This document shows positions 19,555 through 28,836 of a stretch of DNA of 64,000 nucleotides, piece after piece. The stretch is from positions 32,001-96,000 of IMG/VR virus record IMGVR_UViG_3300009161_000023. The stretch is one strand, 5' to 3'. Position 1 is the stretch's first letter; each line of letters starts with the position of its first letter. A program made the position numbers and the translations under genes. The DNA is from a virus. Under the pieces are notes generated by a model, which did no database searches, was not told the DNA's origin, and saw nothing but the letters and a program-made list of their open reading frames with translations.

Positions 19555-20463
19555 ATGAATTCTAATCCAATAGATCCAATCTCTGATGTTTATTTTTTAA
19601 AGTTAAATGAATTTATAAATGGCGACAAGAATGTTTATTTAACACTTGGTGGCATTGGTGATCTTTTATTGCTTCTTGCTGTTTGTTATAAAAATGAAAA
19701 AGTACATATAGTTTGCATAGCAAACGATGAATCAAGTCAGTTTTCTAAAAAATTTTTAGATTACTTTAATTTAAAATATATTTTTTATAAAAATTTAAAA
19801 GGACATGAATGTATTAAAAATTTATACAATAAAATTATTGTTCATCCTAATTTTAATTTATCTGCTCATTTACCTGATAATTTTAATTGGAACGATTGGA
19901 TAAATATTGATAAGTATAAGAATAGATTAGTAATTGAAACAGACTGGCTTAATTTAATAGGAATTAAAAAAAGAGATAAAAAATATGTGGTGATTTGCCC
20001 TTCTGGATCAAAAAAGTGTGAACATAGAAAAAGACATTTAAATGTTGAAGAATATAATACCATTGTAAGAGTATACTTGGAAAAAGGTTACGAAGTAATT
20101 ACGGCAAGTAGTAAAAAAGATCTTAATATTTATAATTTTTACCAAGATAAAAATTGCTATTGGCTAACTGATTCTGAAATTATAAATCATAAAGGTGTAA
20201 GTCAGGAAATTGATTTTAACACTTTTTTACAAACTATTATTTCTTGTGATGATATTATTTCTACTGACACTTGGATTAAAACATTTATGTCTTTGTGTAA
20301 CAAACCATGTCATGTTATAAAAACTAGATTTAATTCTAAATATCAACATGTAGGAAAAGAACCAAATGATAATATATTTTTAAATAAAGAATTTTGGCCT
20401 AAATTAAAAATTCATACTTATGAACAATTTATCGAATACTTAAGTCAAATGCCAGAAGCTTGA
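19555..20463 (+). CDS. GT9-like glycosyltransferase, paralog 2
   Basis: GGIGDLLL, VICPSGS, IISTDTW; C-terminal DNA nearly identical to paralog 1 at offset 915. Confidence 0.6.
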   Translation: MNSNPIDPISDVYFLKLNEFINGDKNVYLTLGGIGDLLLLLAVCYKNEKVHIVCIANDESSQFSKKFLDYFNLKYIFYKNLKGHECIKNLYNKIIVHPNFNLSAHLPDNFNWNDWINIDKYKNRLVIETDWLNLIGIKKRDKKYVVICPSGSKKCEHRKRHLNVEEYNTIVRVYLEKGYEVITASSKKDLNIYNFYQDKNCYWLTDSEIINHKGVSQEIDFNTFLQTIISCDDIISTDTWIKTFMSLCNKPCHVIKTRFNSKYQHVGKEPNDNIFLNKEFWPKLKIHTYEQFIEYLSQMPEA

Positions 20464-20810
20464 TTAATATTAATTGCACAAAGTTTCTTTGCTTGTACAA
20501 GATCTGCTAATTCTTCGTATAAATAAGATTTTACAATTTCAACAGCTTCATTTTTTGTTAATAACTCATCTGGGTTATATAGAAAATTATTATTGTCTTT
20601 ATAAAGAACAAGCATTCTATTGGTAGAATAAACAGATCCATTAAAAAGTAGGTTTTTTATACTAATAACTTCTAATTTTCCTTTTTTTGCTTTGTATTTC
20701 AACCAAGCTAAATCTCCCACATTGAATTTATGAAATATATTGGTTTTTTTAAAATAACCAGTACAAGACTTAAATATTATTTTGCCACTTCCAGTGTAAT
20801 TGTAATTCAT
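20445..20810 (-). CDS. hypothetical protein
   Basis: ORF track. Confidence 0.5.
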   Translation of the reverse strand: MNYNYTGSGKIIFKSCTGYFKKTNIFHKFNVGDLAWLKYKAKKGKLEVISIKNLLFNGSVYSTNRMLVLYKDNNNFLYNPDELLTKNEAVEIVKSYLYEELADLVQAKKLCAININQASGI

Positions 20811-20821
20811 ATATTATTTAT

Positions 20822-21631
20822 TTAATTAATTTTCTTTTTTATATCTTTTTCGTTAAATATCTTTGTGGTATTCTTTCTAACGGCCTTATATTTAATTTTT
20901 TTATTGAATTCAAATATTTCAACCACAGACCATTCATGTTTGTTTTTATCAATAATTATATCATCTTTAATTATTTTTTTATTTTCTAGTTTTGTTATTT
21001 TAACTTCTTTGTTTTTTTTATTATCTATTTCTTTAATTTTTTTATTGTTCATTCGTTTTTTATTTTTAGCAGTTAAATCTTTTTTGTTCGAATTTTTACT
21101 TACTAAATTAGCATTAGGAACACATGATTCTATTTGTTTAATCTTATTTACAATTGATTCTATTTTAGAATCAAGATTGTTTTGATAAATATTATTTGCT
21201 TCAGAAGGGTTGTGAATATCAAAACTTATGTAATTTTCATGGACTGTTGATTTTACTAAATCAGCATTAGGAACACATGATTCTATTTGTTTAATCTTAT
21301 TTACAATTGATTCTATTTTAGAATCAAGATTGTTTTGATAAATATCATTTATTTCAGAAGCATTATAAAGATCAAAATTATCAAAAATTACAACTTTTGT
21401 TCCATTGAAAGCTTCATAAGAATAAGAATTATTATCATAATAAACACTGATTATTTTCCATTCAGTGCCATTTATATCATATCCAATATCATTGGGTTTA
21501 AATTTTAGTATTGATTTAAAATGATACAATACAAGTTTAACATCTGCTTCTGCTAATACTACTAAATTTCCTTCGCCTTTGTAAAGGTTATTTTTAAAAG
21601 GCAAGTTAAGAAGGTATTGAATAATATGCAT
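20822..21631 (-). CDS. hypothetical protein with internal duplication
   Basis: NNIYQNNLDSKIESIVNKIKQIESCVPNA occurs twice. Confidence 0.55.
   Translation of the reverse strand: MHIIQYLLNLPFKNNLYKGEGNLVVLAEADVKLVLYHFKSILKFKPNDIGYDINGTEWKIISVYYDNNSYSYEAFNGTKVVIFDNFDLYNASEINDIYQNNLDSKIESIVNKIKQIESCVPNADLVKSTVHENYISFDIHNPSEANNIYQNNLDSKIESIVNKIKQIESCVPNANLVSKNSNKKDLTAKNKKRMNNKKIKEIDNKKNKEVKITKLENKKIIKDDIIIDKNKHEWSVVEIFEFNKKIKYKAVRKNTTKIFNEKDIKKKIN
21100..21360. repeat. about 108-bp direct repeat x2 (21100-21207 and 21253-21360)
   Basis: Near-identical DNA at offset 153 (51 codons). Confidence 0.9.
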
Positions 21632-21668
21632 GATTTATTTATTTAAAAAAACAATATTGTTGTTATTA

Positions 21669-22205
21669 TTAATTTTTTTGTCCCATTATTTTTGCGTAAA
21701 CATTTTGAGGGTTAGGATTGTTATTTATTATTCTAACTCTAACACCATAAGGGTCTAATGTAGATGTTATTATTTCTGCTTGAACAAATTCCATTAAAAT
21801 ATACGGAACTGCACTTGAGTAAAATCCTGTAGCGATAGTAGTTGCATCAATAATATTTCCTGCATCTAATACTCCATAATCAACAACTACCTTACATGGG
21901 CCTCCAGAAGAGCTTGCCATAATACCTTTTAAATAAAATGTTGTAGAAGGAGCTAGGGTGTAATAAATATCGCCACTTGAGTAAGGAGCAACAGAATTTA
22001 CTTCTCCATATTCACTTACAACTTTAGTATTATCTGTAGTTAAATTGCTTGAAAATATAGTTCCTGATACTGGTTGAATAACGCTACTATTATCAACTTT
22101 TAAAGCGTTATTAATAACAACAGCTACTAAATCAGCTTGCCCAGCACCTCCAGTGTAGCCATCCCCGAATATTGTAACGCCTAAACCAGTATTTATATCA
22201 GGCAT
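21669..22205 (-). CDS. probable virion structural protein
   Basis: G/T/V/N-rich beta-type composition; LKVDNSSVIQPVSG motif typical of phage structural proteins. Confidence 0.5.
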   Translation of the reverse strand: MPDINTGLGVTIFGDGYTGGAGQADLVAVVINNALKVDNSSVIQPVSGTIFSSNLTTDNTKVVSEYGEVNSVAPYSSGDIYYTLAPSTTFYLKGIMASSSGGPCKVVVDYGVLDAGNIIDATTIATGFYSSAVPYILMEFVQAEIITSTLDPYGVRVRIINNNPNPQNVYAKIMGQKN

Positions 22206-22341
22206 ATTATTCCTACTTTTAAATATAATATTTAATATTATGTATTATATTACATTGAAAAATATGCTTAAATATATAAATTATTTTTTAACAATTAAAT
22301 TTTTTATATTGAATATAATTGATATTTTTTTATTAAAGTAG

Positions 22342-22941
22342 TTAATTATCAGCAGTTTCAAATCCTAAAATAGTTGCTTCATAATTTGCAGCAGGAGGAC
22401 TTCCATTGTAGGCTGAAATTAAAGTTCCAATTATTCTTACAACATATCCTTCTAATATATTTCCTATTGGAATATTAAAGTTTACCATGCCGTTAAGATT
22501 GGAAGCGTTTGTTCTATAAGTAAAATAAGTGTTTTCTAAAGAATAGTCTTGTATTGTTAATTTGTATCTAACTGGCAAATCACCACTTACGCTAAATCCA
22601 GTAAGGCTGAAAGTTTTTCCTGTAGTTACGGTATAAGTTAAAATGTTTGTGTTATCTAGCACAACATTAGAAACACTGTTGAAAATTGGGTAAATATTAT
22701 TTACATAAGGTATAGCTCTAGTGATAAGTGCATATTCACAGCCTTCTGGGTTTTGATCTGTTATACTAGCTAATTGTTCTAAATTTTCACCACCAATAAC
22801 AATTCTTGCCCTATGTCTTAATTCTGTAGAACCTGGACCTATAGGATAAATTATTTTAGTTTCATCCATTATGCTTCCGCCAGAACCAGGATTTAGTTCT
22901 GTGAAAGTAGAACGATTTTCTATTGTATCATTTTCACACAT
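22342..22941 (-). CDS. probable virion structural protein
   Basis: Beta-rich composition; TAAATA upstream. Confidence 0.5.
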   Translation of the reverse strand: MCENDTIENRSTFTELNPGSGGSIMDETKIIYPIGPGSTELRHRARIVIGGENLEQLASITDQNPEGCEYALITRAIPYVNNIYPIFNSVSNVVLDNTNILTYTVTTGKTFSLTGFSVSGDLPVRYKLTIQDYSLENTYFTYRTNASNLNGMVNFNIPIGNILEGYVVRIIGTLISAYNGSPPAANYEATILGFETADN

Positions 22942-23010
22942 TTTATTTATTATATTAATAATTCTTAACTAGTAATATATATTTAAAAGAAACAATATTT
23001 TTGAGGTTTT

Positions 23011-24099
23011 ATGAAAAATAATGATTATTTAAAAAACATACAATGTAATTTACTTCCTTATACAAAAGAAAATATATTATCTTTTCAATCATCATCTCAA
23101 GCATTAGGATGGCAAATAACTAATTTTCACATACCTGAAATTTGGAAGTTTTCTCAAGGAGAAAATGTAAAAATTGCTGTCTTAGATACAGGTGTAGATT
23201 TTAATCATAGTGATTTAAAAGAAAATTTATTAGAAGGCACTAATTTTGTAGAAAAAGATCTGCCCCCACAGGATTATGCTTCACATGGAACTCATGTAGC
23301 TGGAATAATAGCAGCAAAAAATAATGATTTAGGAATTGTTGGAATAGCACCACAAGCTAAAATTTTACCAATCAAGGTATTGAATAACTATGGTGCAGGA
23401 GATATGAAGGCAGTTTTAGATGGTATCAATTATGCTGTATCTCAAAAGGCAGACATAATTTGTATGTCTTTAGGCACAAGAGATCCAGTTGAAGAGATTA
23501 GAGTTGCTATAGAAGAAGCAGCTGAAAACAACACAATTTGCTTTGTTGCTGCTGGCAATGCTGGTAATACAGAACAGTTGCTTTATCCAGCTGCTTACAC
23601 TGAGTGTATTTCAATTGGTGCAGTTGATGAAAACTGTCTTAGGGCAAGCTTTAGTTGTACTGGCCCTAATTTAGATTTTGTTGCACCTGGAGTAAAGATT
23701 TACAGTTGTGTTCCAAAAAATACATATGCGTACATGAGTGGATCTAGCATGGCATGTCCTTTTGCCGTTGGTGTTGCAGCTTTAGTTCTTTCATCTAAAA
23801 GAAAGATAGATCCTGAAGCAGTAATGAATGCTAATGATTACAGAGAAGTGTTTAAACAAAATTCAATGACTGTTAAAAATTTAGAAGAATTATTAGAAAA
23901 ACAAGGATCTTCAAGATTTTGGCAAGGAATGGGAATTATCAACCCAGAAAGTTTTTCTGAATGGGTTGACATTAAAAACATAGAAACTATCAGAGAAGAA
24001 ATTACTAATTTATGTGATTTAATTGGTATGATAAAGAATAAAAATAACTTAAATAGACTTTTAAAGGAAAAAGAAATATTATTTAATAAATTTTCTTAA
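23011..24099 (+). CDS. subtilisin-like serine protease (S8)
   Basis: VLDTG, HGTHVAG, AAGN oxyanion, MSGSSMACP. Confidence 0.93.
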   Translation: MKNNDYLKNIQCNLLPYTKENILSFQSSSQALGWQITNFHIPEIWKFSQGENVKIAVLDTGVDFNHSDLKENLLEGTNFVEKDLPPQDYASHGTHVAGIIAAKNNDLGIVGIAPQAKILPIKVLNNYGAGDMKAVLDGINYAVSQKADIICMSLGTRDPVEEIRVAIEEAAENNTICFVAAGNAGNTEQLLYPAAYTECISIGAVDENCLRASFSCTGPNLDFVAPGVKIYSCVPKNTYAYMSGSSMACPFAVGVAALVLSSKRKIDPEAVMNANDYREVFKQNSMTVKNLEELLEKQGSSRFWQGMGIINPESFSEWVDIKNIETIREEITNLCDLIGMIKNKNNLNRLLKEKEILFNKFS

Positions 24100-24551
24100 T
24101 TTAATTTTTTTATTAAACTTAATATTTTTTCTTTTTCTTCTTCAGAAGATGTTTTTAATTTTTCCTCTAAATCTTTTAATACACAATGCAATAAAACAGA
24201 TTTATGTTTTTCTTTTGGTTTTTTACCTTCGTGCAAAATAGATTTTTGATAATAATAAATTAAAGTTGATAATTCTTTTTGGAAAAAGGAATAACATAGC
24301 GGACATCCAACTCTTGCACTTTTAAACATTTCATTTAATGTTGAGTTACAAGATGAACATTTTTTTTCTGGGTTATTTTCAATTTCATCTAAAGCTGATG
24401 GAATTTCATTTTCGGTATTAAAAGAGTCCTGCATTTTAAACAAGCATTTACTACAGCAATTTTGTAATTTTCCTTCACCCTCGACAATAACATGCAATGA
24501 TATGTCTTTAATTTCTAAACATTCAGTTTTGTCAAAAAAACATTTATTCAT
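24096..24551 (-). CDS. mcsA: McsA-like Zn-binding protein (McsB/ClpC activator family)
   Basis: CCSKC, CSSCNSTLNEM...RVGCPLCYSFF..EL, HEGKKP match the McsA layout; C-terminal UVR domain is degenerate. Confidence 0.75.
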   Translation of the reverse strand: MNKCFFDKTECLEIKDISLHVIVEGEGKLQNCCSKCLFKMQDSFNTENEIPSALDEIENNPEKKCSSCNSTLNEMFKSARVGCPLCYSFFQKELSTLIYYYQKSILHEGKKPKEKHKSVLLHCVLKDLEEKLKTSSEEEKEKILSLIKKLN

Positions 24552-25000
24552 TTTTTTATTTCTAAAAATACTTCTTTATCAAGATCAGTAAACCAATCTG
24601 GCTTTAATTCATAAAGATCAATTTTTAATTTTTTACTCATTTTTTCTAAATAAACTGACGCATCTTTAAGTTTTACTAGCAATTCTTTAAAATTTTTATT
24701 TTCTTTTTCAATCTCTTGTATGGTTTTATCCAATGAATTTTTACAAGTCTTGCAAATAACTTGTTTTATTATAATCTTTTTTATTTCATCGAATTCATCA
24801 TATTTTATTTTTTCCTTACCTTTGTATATCTCTGTATCATTCCAAAATTTCTTATCGTCAAAATTATTCTTAAGTTTAATGTAGTTTTCATAAACTTCTG
24901 TAAACTTTTTTTCTTCGTCTGATAGTTGAAGTGCCATATAAACTTGTGGTAGAATGAAAAAAATAAATAATACAATTAAATAGAATTTTTTAAATATCAT
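24548..25000 (-). CDS. hypothetical protein with N-terminal TM/signal segment
   Basis: FYLIVLFIFFILPQVY hydrophobic N-terminus. Confidence 0.55.
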   Translation of the reverse strand: MIFKKFYLIVLFIFFILPQVYMALQLSDEEKKFTEVYENYIKLKNNFDDKKFWNDTEIYKGKEKIKYDEFDEIKKIIIKQVICKTCKNSLDKTIQEIEKENKNFKELLVKLKDASVYLEKMSKKLKIDLYELKPDWFTDLDKEVFLEIKK

Positions 25001-25824
25001 AGTTTTTTGAATTCAATAAGGGCTTTGGTTAAAATACTACACCCATCGTCTTCTATAGGAATAATACCAGAGAATACTTCTCTACGCAACCATATTGGTA
25101 AAAAATCACCTATTTCTAATAATCCAAATTCTATTTTGTCATTTAAATTTAAAAAATTAACATTTGATGGTTCTAAATAAACATTATTTATTTTATTTTC
25201 AATGAAGTTTATCGGGCTACCAACTTGTTTTCTCACTATATAAATCATCGGACTTGGTGTTAAATTGAAACTATGTACTTTTATAAGCTGATGTTGTTTA
25301 TAACCAGCATACCCAACAAACTTAATATTTAAAACATTATTTCCGCCAGCATGCACTCCTTCTACAATAACATCTTTTAATGTATATATTTTCCTAATAG
25401 ATGTTTGAAAATTAGATTTAAAAATATTAATATTTCTATTGTATTTTACTTTAAACTTGTGTTCATCGTAAGAAAAAATTATATATTGATTATTAATAAA
25501 GTTTCCACCGCTTATTGTTATTGTCTGAATTTCATTCTTTAAATTAAATCCTAAATTAAAGGTGGCTCCTTTGAAGAAGTCATCTAAAAACAAAGATAAT
25601 TTATGAATTCTTTTATTAGAAATGTTTCTTAAATATAAGCATCTATAATCAATTAATCCTTTTTTGTAAAGATCTTGACTTATATTATTAAATATGTTTT
25701 CTTCGTTTATATTAATAATACTATTACTTATTTCGCCACCAATAGATAGCAACGGATCTTGATTGTCAAAGCCCCCAGAGTAATAGTATTTTAAAATTCC
25801 TTGTAAATTTTTATATTCTTCCAT
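24997..25824 (-). CDS. probable virion structural protein
   Basis: YYSGG...DP..SIGGEIS, DYRCLYLRN and L..GD..PIWLRR motifs seen in phage structural proteins. Confidence 0.55.
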   Translation of the reverse strand: MEEYKNLQGILKYYYSGGFDNQDPLLSIGGEISNSIININEENIFNNISQDLYKKGLIDYRCLYLRNISNKRIHKLSLFLDDFFKGATFNLGFNLKNEIQTITISGGNFINNQYIIFSYDEHKFKVKYNRNINIFKSNFQTSIRKIYTLKDVIVEGVHAGGNNVLNIKFVGYAGYKQHQLIKVHSFNLTPSPMIYIVRKQVGSPINFIENKINNVYLEPSNVNFLNLNDKIEFGLLEIGDFLPIWLRREVFSGIIPIEDDGCSILTKALIEFKKL

Positions 25825-25897
25825 ATTTTTATTTATTTATCAAAGTTATTATTGTTATAATAATATACATATTTTTTACTAAATACGGGAGAAAAAT

Positions 25898-26755
25898 TTG
25901 ATAATTGGCACAAATTCTAAGTTTTTTGTGAATCAAAATAATTCCTTTGTTAAAGTTAATGACATATTAGGCCAGATAAACAAGAAAACTAATAATAAAG
26001 TATTAGATTTGCCTAATTTTACATTTGATGAATATTCTTTTAATTTAAAGTTTGAATCTAATAGCGAATACGATTTCATTAAAAAAATATGTGATAATTT
26101 TAATTCTATTCAAAACACTCTTAATATAGTCAACGCAAATTTATCGTTTTCTAAATTTATTGAAATACCAGATTCTAATTTTGTTATCGAATACAAAGAG
26201 AATTTGAAGAATTTTTTGAAAGTTAAAAATGTTTATGATATGAATTCTAAGAATTCTATGGATTATTATACTAATATTCTTCCTGCGTTAAATGGAATTA
26301 CTATAGCAGATAATTTATTTTTAGATAATAGATTAGTTAAAGTTTTTGTCAAGCTAGTAGACTTGTTTTTAACAGTTCCTTTAACTTTTTTTGAAGATGA
26401 CATGAATGAGTTTGTAAGAAAAAAATTCTTTTATGCTGGTGATTATTCTAAATATTCTAATGAAATAACATATTACTTTACCAGTAATTTCTGGCTCGCA
26501 CCAGAATATATTAATATTGCTAAGTTTGTACATGGCATTTTAAGTTTTTGTTATGAATTTGTATTAAATGAAGATTATTTAAAATTTTATAATATTAACG
26601 GTGATAATGTTGATGTTTTTGGTTATGACTATTTTGATTTAGTTAATTGTTTGAACAATAATAATAAAAGTTCTTTGAAGAAGTATTTATATTTCACTTA
26701 TAACTTCTTACCTGAATCATTAGTTAATGATATTGAAACATACATTAAACATTAA
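25898..26755 (+). CDS. degenerate phiEco32-like COOH.NH2 ligase type 2 homolog
   Basis: IIGTNSKFFV resembles IGADPEFF; FYAGDYSKY...ITYYFTSNFWL resembles YG.AG.fR...vEYRtlSNFWL. Confidence 0.4.
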   Translation: MIIGTNSKFFVNQNNSFVKVNDILGQINKKTNNKVLDLPNFTFDEYSFNLKFESNSEYDFIKKICDNFNSIQNTLNIVNANLSFSKFIEIPDSNFVIEYKENLKNFLKVKNVYDMNSKNSMDYYTNILPALNGITIADNLFLDNRLVKVFVKLVDLFLTVPLTFFEDDMNEFVRKKFFYAGDYSKYSNEITYYFTSNFWLAPEYINIAKFVHGILSFCYEFVLNEDYLKFYNINGDNVDVFGYDYFDLVNCLNNNNKSSLKKYLYFTYNFLPESLVNDIETYIKH

Positions 26756-27400
26756 TCAAACATTACAAGATTTACATGACCATTTTTGATTTAATGATTT
26801 TAATTTTTTTAATTGTAAAATTAAAAAATCACCATTTAAGTGGAATTTATTTCTGCAATTGCTGCACCAAATAGCAGACTTGTTTTTACTTTTTGTTAAT
26901 TGTTTTCTTTTTTTTACAAGTGATAAAATATTAAAGTTTTTAATAAAGTCTGTTGGTATCTCAGGTAATTCTTTGACTGGAATTAAATCTTCTATCCAAA
27001 TATAATCTTCATTTGAATCTACATTACTAGGAGGAACTACAGATTGATGATTAAATCCTCTTATTTCAAAGTTTTTAATTTGAATTCTTGATATATTTAT
27101 GTGAGTGTTTTTAAACAAATGATGAAAAGATTTTTTACTTTTGTAAATAGGATGATTAATTGCTAAAAAATAATTATTAAGTATCTCATTGGCTTCTTCT
27201 GTATCTCCTTCTATATCAACGATGTTTCCAAGTAAAAATCCAATATTGTATTTTTTATTAGAATTTAATAAGTCGCAATAGTTTTTATGATTGTATTTAT
27301 TTTGCCATCCATAAAATATTGGCATTTTGGTATTTTGATGTAATAAAATTGGTTGGTAACCAAAATCTAAATATTTTAAAAATGCTTCTTTTGTTTTCAT
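26756..27400 (-). CDS. bifunctional DNA primase/polymerase N-terminal (prim-pol) domain plus Zn ribbon
   Basis: GYQPILL...KMP...GWQ, NIGFLLG.IVDIEGD, HHLF, EIRG...QSVVPPS; C-terminal CSNC/CKSC. Confidence 0.78.
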   Translation of the reverse strand: MKTKEAFLKYLDFGYQPILLHQNTKMPIFYGWQNKYNHKNYCDLLNSNKKYNIGFLLGNIVDIEGDTEEANEILNNYFLAINHPIYKSKKSFHHLFKNTHINISRIQIKNFEIRGFNHQSVVPPSNVDSNEDYIWIEDLIPVKELPEIPTDFIKNFNILSLVKKRKQLTKSKNKSAIWCSNCRNKFHLNGDFLILQLKKLKSLNQKWSCKSCNV

Positions 27401-27444
27401 GAATTTCTTTTAATTTATAAAACTAAAAAAAACAATAGTAAAAT

Positions 27445-27474
27445 AAAAAAAGCAGTCTTGTAGGACTGCTTTTT
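27445..27474. terminator. intrinsic terminator
   Basis: AAAAAAGCAGTC-ttgtag-GACTGCTTTTT; ends the 27506-28528 gene. Confidence 0.8.
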
Positions 27475-27505
27475 AAAACTTAATGTAATGTTTTAAGCAT
27501 TACAA

Positions 27506-28528
27506 TTAATTATTGTTTCGTTGACTATAAAAGCTTTGAACATCTGCTGGGTTCATTTTACCAATAATATCAGCAATAACATGAGATTTTTCAGCTATAT
27601 CAGACATAGTATCTATAAGGATTCTTGGTATTTTTTCATCCTTTAATTTACTAAATAACACATCCATTTCTTGTTGTGTTCTTTGCAATTGCTGCATCAA
27701 CATACCATCTGAATTTTCATTTACTTTTTTTGAGTAATTTACATTACCTTTTTCAGTAAAATGCTTTTTTGTTTTTTTACCAAAATTCTTTTTTGATTTT
27801 TTGATTTTTTTTGATTCGTTTACCATACCATCAAAATTTTTCTTAGTTACACAAGAATTATCAAGCATATTAGCAACACTTTTTTGCCAATCTTTCATGG
27901 TAGGAATATGCTTTGGAATAGTATTTTCAGCTGCCATATAAGAACCACATCCAGACGAATACTTTTTCATGTGTTTCATTGAGCCAGATTCGTTGTCAGA
28001 AGAATCCTTGTTCATGCGTTTCATGTGTTTCATGTATTTCATTGAACCAGATTCTTTTGGCATATTTTCAGCTGACATATAAGAACCACATCCAGAAGAA
28101 TCTTTTTTCATGTATTTCATTGAACGAGATTCTTTGTCTTTTGGCATATTTTCTACTTCTATGCCCATGTCACCTTCTTCATCATGGTCTTCATCGTCAT
28201 GGTCTTCATCGTCATGGTCTTCATCGTCATGGTCTTCATCGTCATCATCGTAATCTTCATCATCTTCATCATCATCATCATCGTCTTCATCGTCATCATC
28301 GTAATCTTCATCGTCTTCATCGTCTTCTTCATCTTCATCATCTTCATCATCTTCGATATCTTCATCATCTTCATCATCTTCATCATCATCTTCGATATCT
28401 TCTTCATCTTCCATGTAAGATTCCATTTTCTTATCCATCATAACTCCCATGTTCTGAGGATTGGAAAGTCCAAGGTTGAAAGATAGCATGTTTTCGTTTA
28501 ACTTTTTCCATTTATTGTAATTAAGCAT
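27506..28528 (-). CDS. acidic low-complexity protein, possible internal head protein
   Basis: AGGAG RBS; MLNYNKWKKLNE leader; long D/E tract; repeated ESGSMKxMK and SSGCGSYMxAEN. Confidence 0.65.
   Translation of the reverse strand: MLNYNKWKKLNENMLSFNLGLSNPQNMGVMMDKKMESYMEDEEDIEDDDEDDEDDEDIEDDEDDEDEEDDEDDEDYDDDDEDDDDDDEDDEDYDDDDEDHDDEDHDDEDHDDEDHDEEGDMGIEVENMPKDKESRSMKYMKKDSSGCGSYMSAENMPKESGSMKYMKHMKRMNKDSSDNESGSMKHMKKYSSGCGSYMAAENTIPKHIPTMKDWQKSVANMLDNSCVTKKNFDGMVNESKKIKKSKKNFGKKTKKHFTEKGNVNYSKKVNENSDGMLMQQLQRTQQEMDVLFSKLKDEKIPRILIDTMSDIAEKSHVIADIIGKMNPADVQSFYSQRNNN
28183..28416. repeat. Asp/Glu-coding microsatellite-like repeats including 15-bp HDDED x4
   Basis: tcatc/tcttcatcg arrays. 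Confidence 0.9.
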
Positions 28529-28558
28529 AGTTTCTCCTAAAAAGGTTTACCTTATATA

Positions 28559-28816
28559 TCAAATAAAGAATTTTTTATTATCTTTTTTATTATTATTTTT
28601 ATTTAAATTTTTTTCCGACAATGCTTTTCGTATTATTTCTGCATTTTTACTCAATTTGTTTTGATTTGCTGGCAAAGGAGTTTTTTGATCGGCTTTTTTA
28701 TGTAACTCACTATAAATATTAGCTCTGCTAATTTTACTAGATATAACTTTATTTTTAGTAGGAGATGTGTTGAAGTTTTTTAATCTTGAGTTATTGTTGT
28801 TATTGCATCCACACAT
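28559..28816 (-). CDS. small basic protein (MCGC...)
   Basis: ORF track. Confidence 0.5.
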   Translation of the reverse strand: MCGCNNNNNSRLKNFNTSPTKNKVISSKISRANIYSELHKKADQKTPLPANQNKLSKNAEIIRKALSEKNLNKNNNKKDNKKFFI

Positions 28817-28836
28817 TTTTATCTTTCTAAAGTAAT

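Noticed and set aside
19546-19557. In-frame TGA between the two GT9-like paralogs (TGA TTA ATA ATG), suggesting readthrough fusion
   Set aside because: One-in-three chance phasing. The same TGATTAATA follows paralog 2 as part of the duplicated block, and no readthrough signal is evident.
22206-22341. Possible tRNA or ncRNA in the larger intergenic gaps (also 29932-30062, 48799-48911, 55424-55637)
   Set aside because: Almost pure A/T with no cloverleaf, T-loop or GC-rich stems.
27979-28486. His-rich, Met/Lys-rich and Ile/Phe-rich ORFs in the track
   Set aside because: Alternate-frame and antisense shadows of the D/E repeat in 27506-28528.
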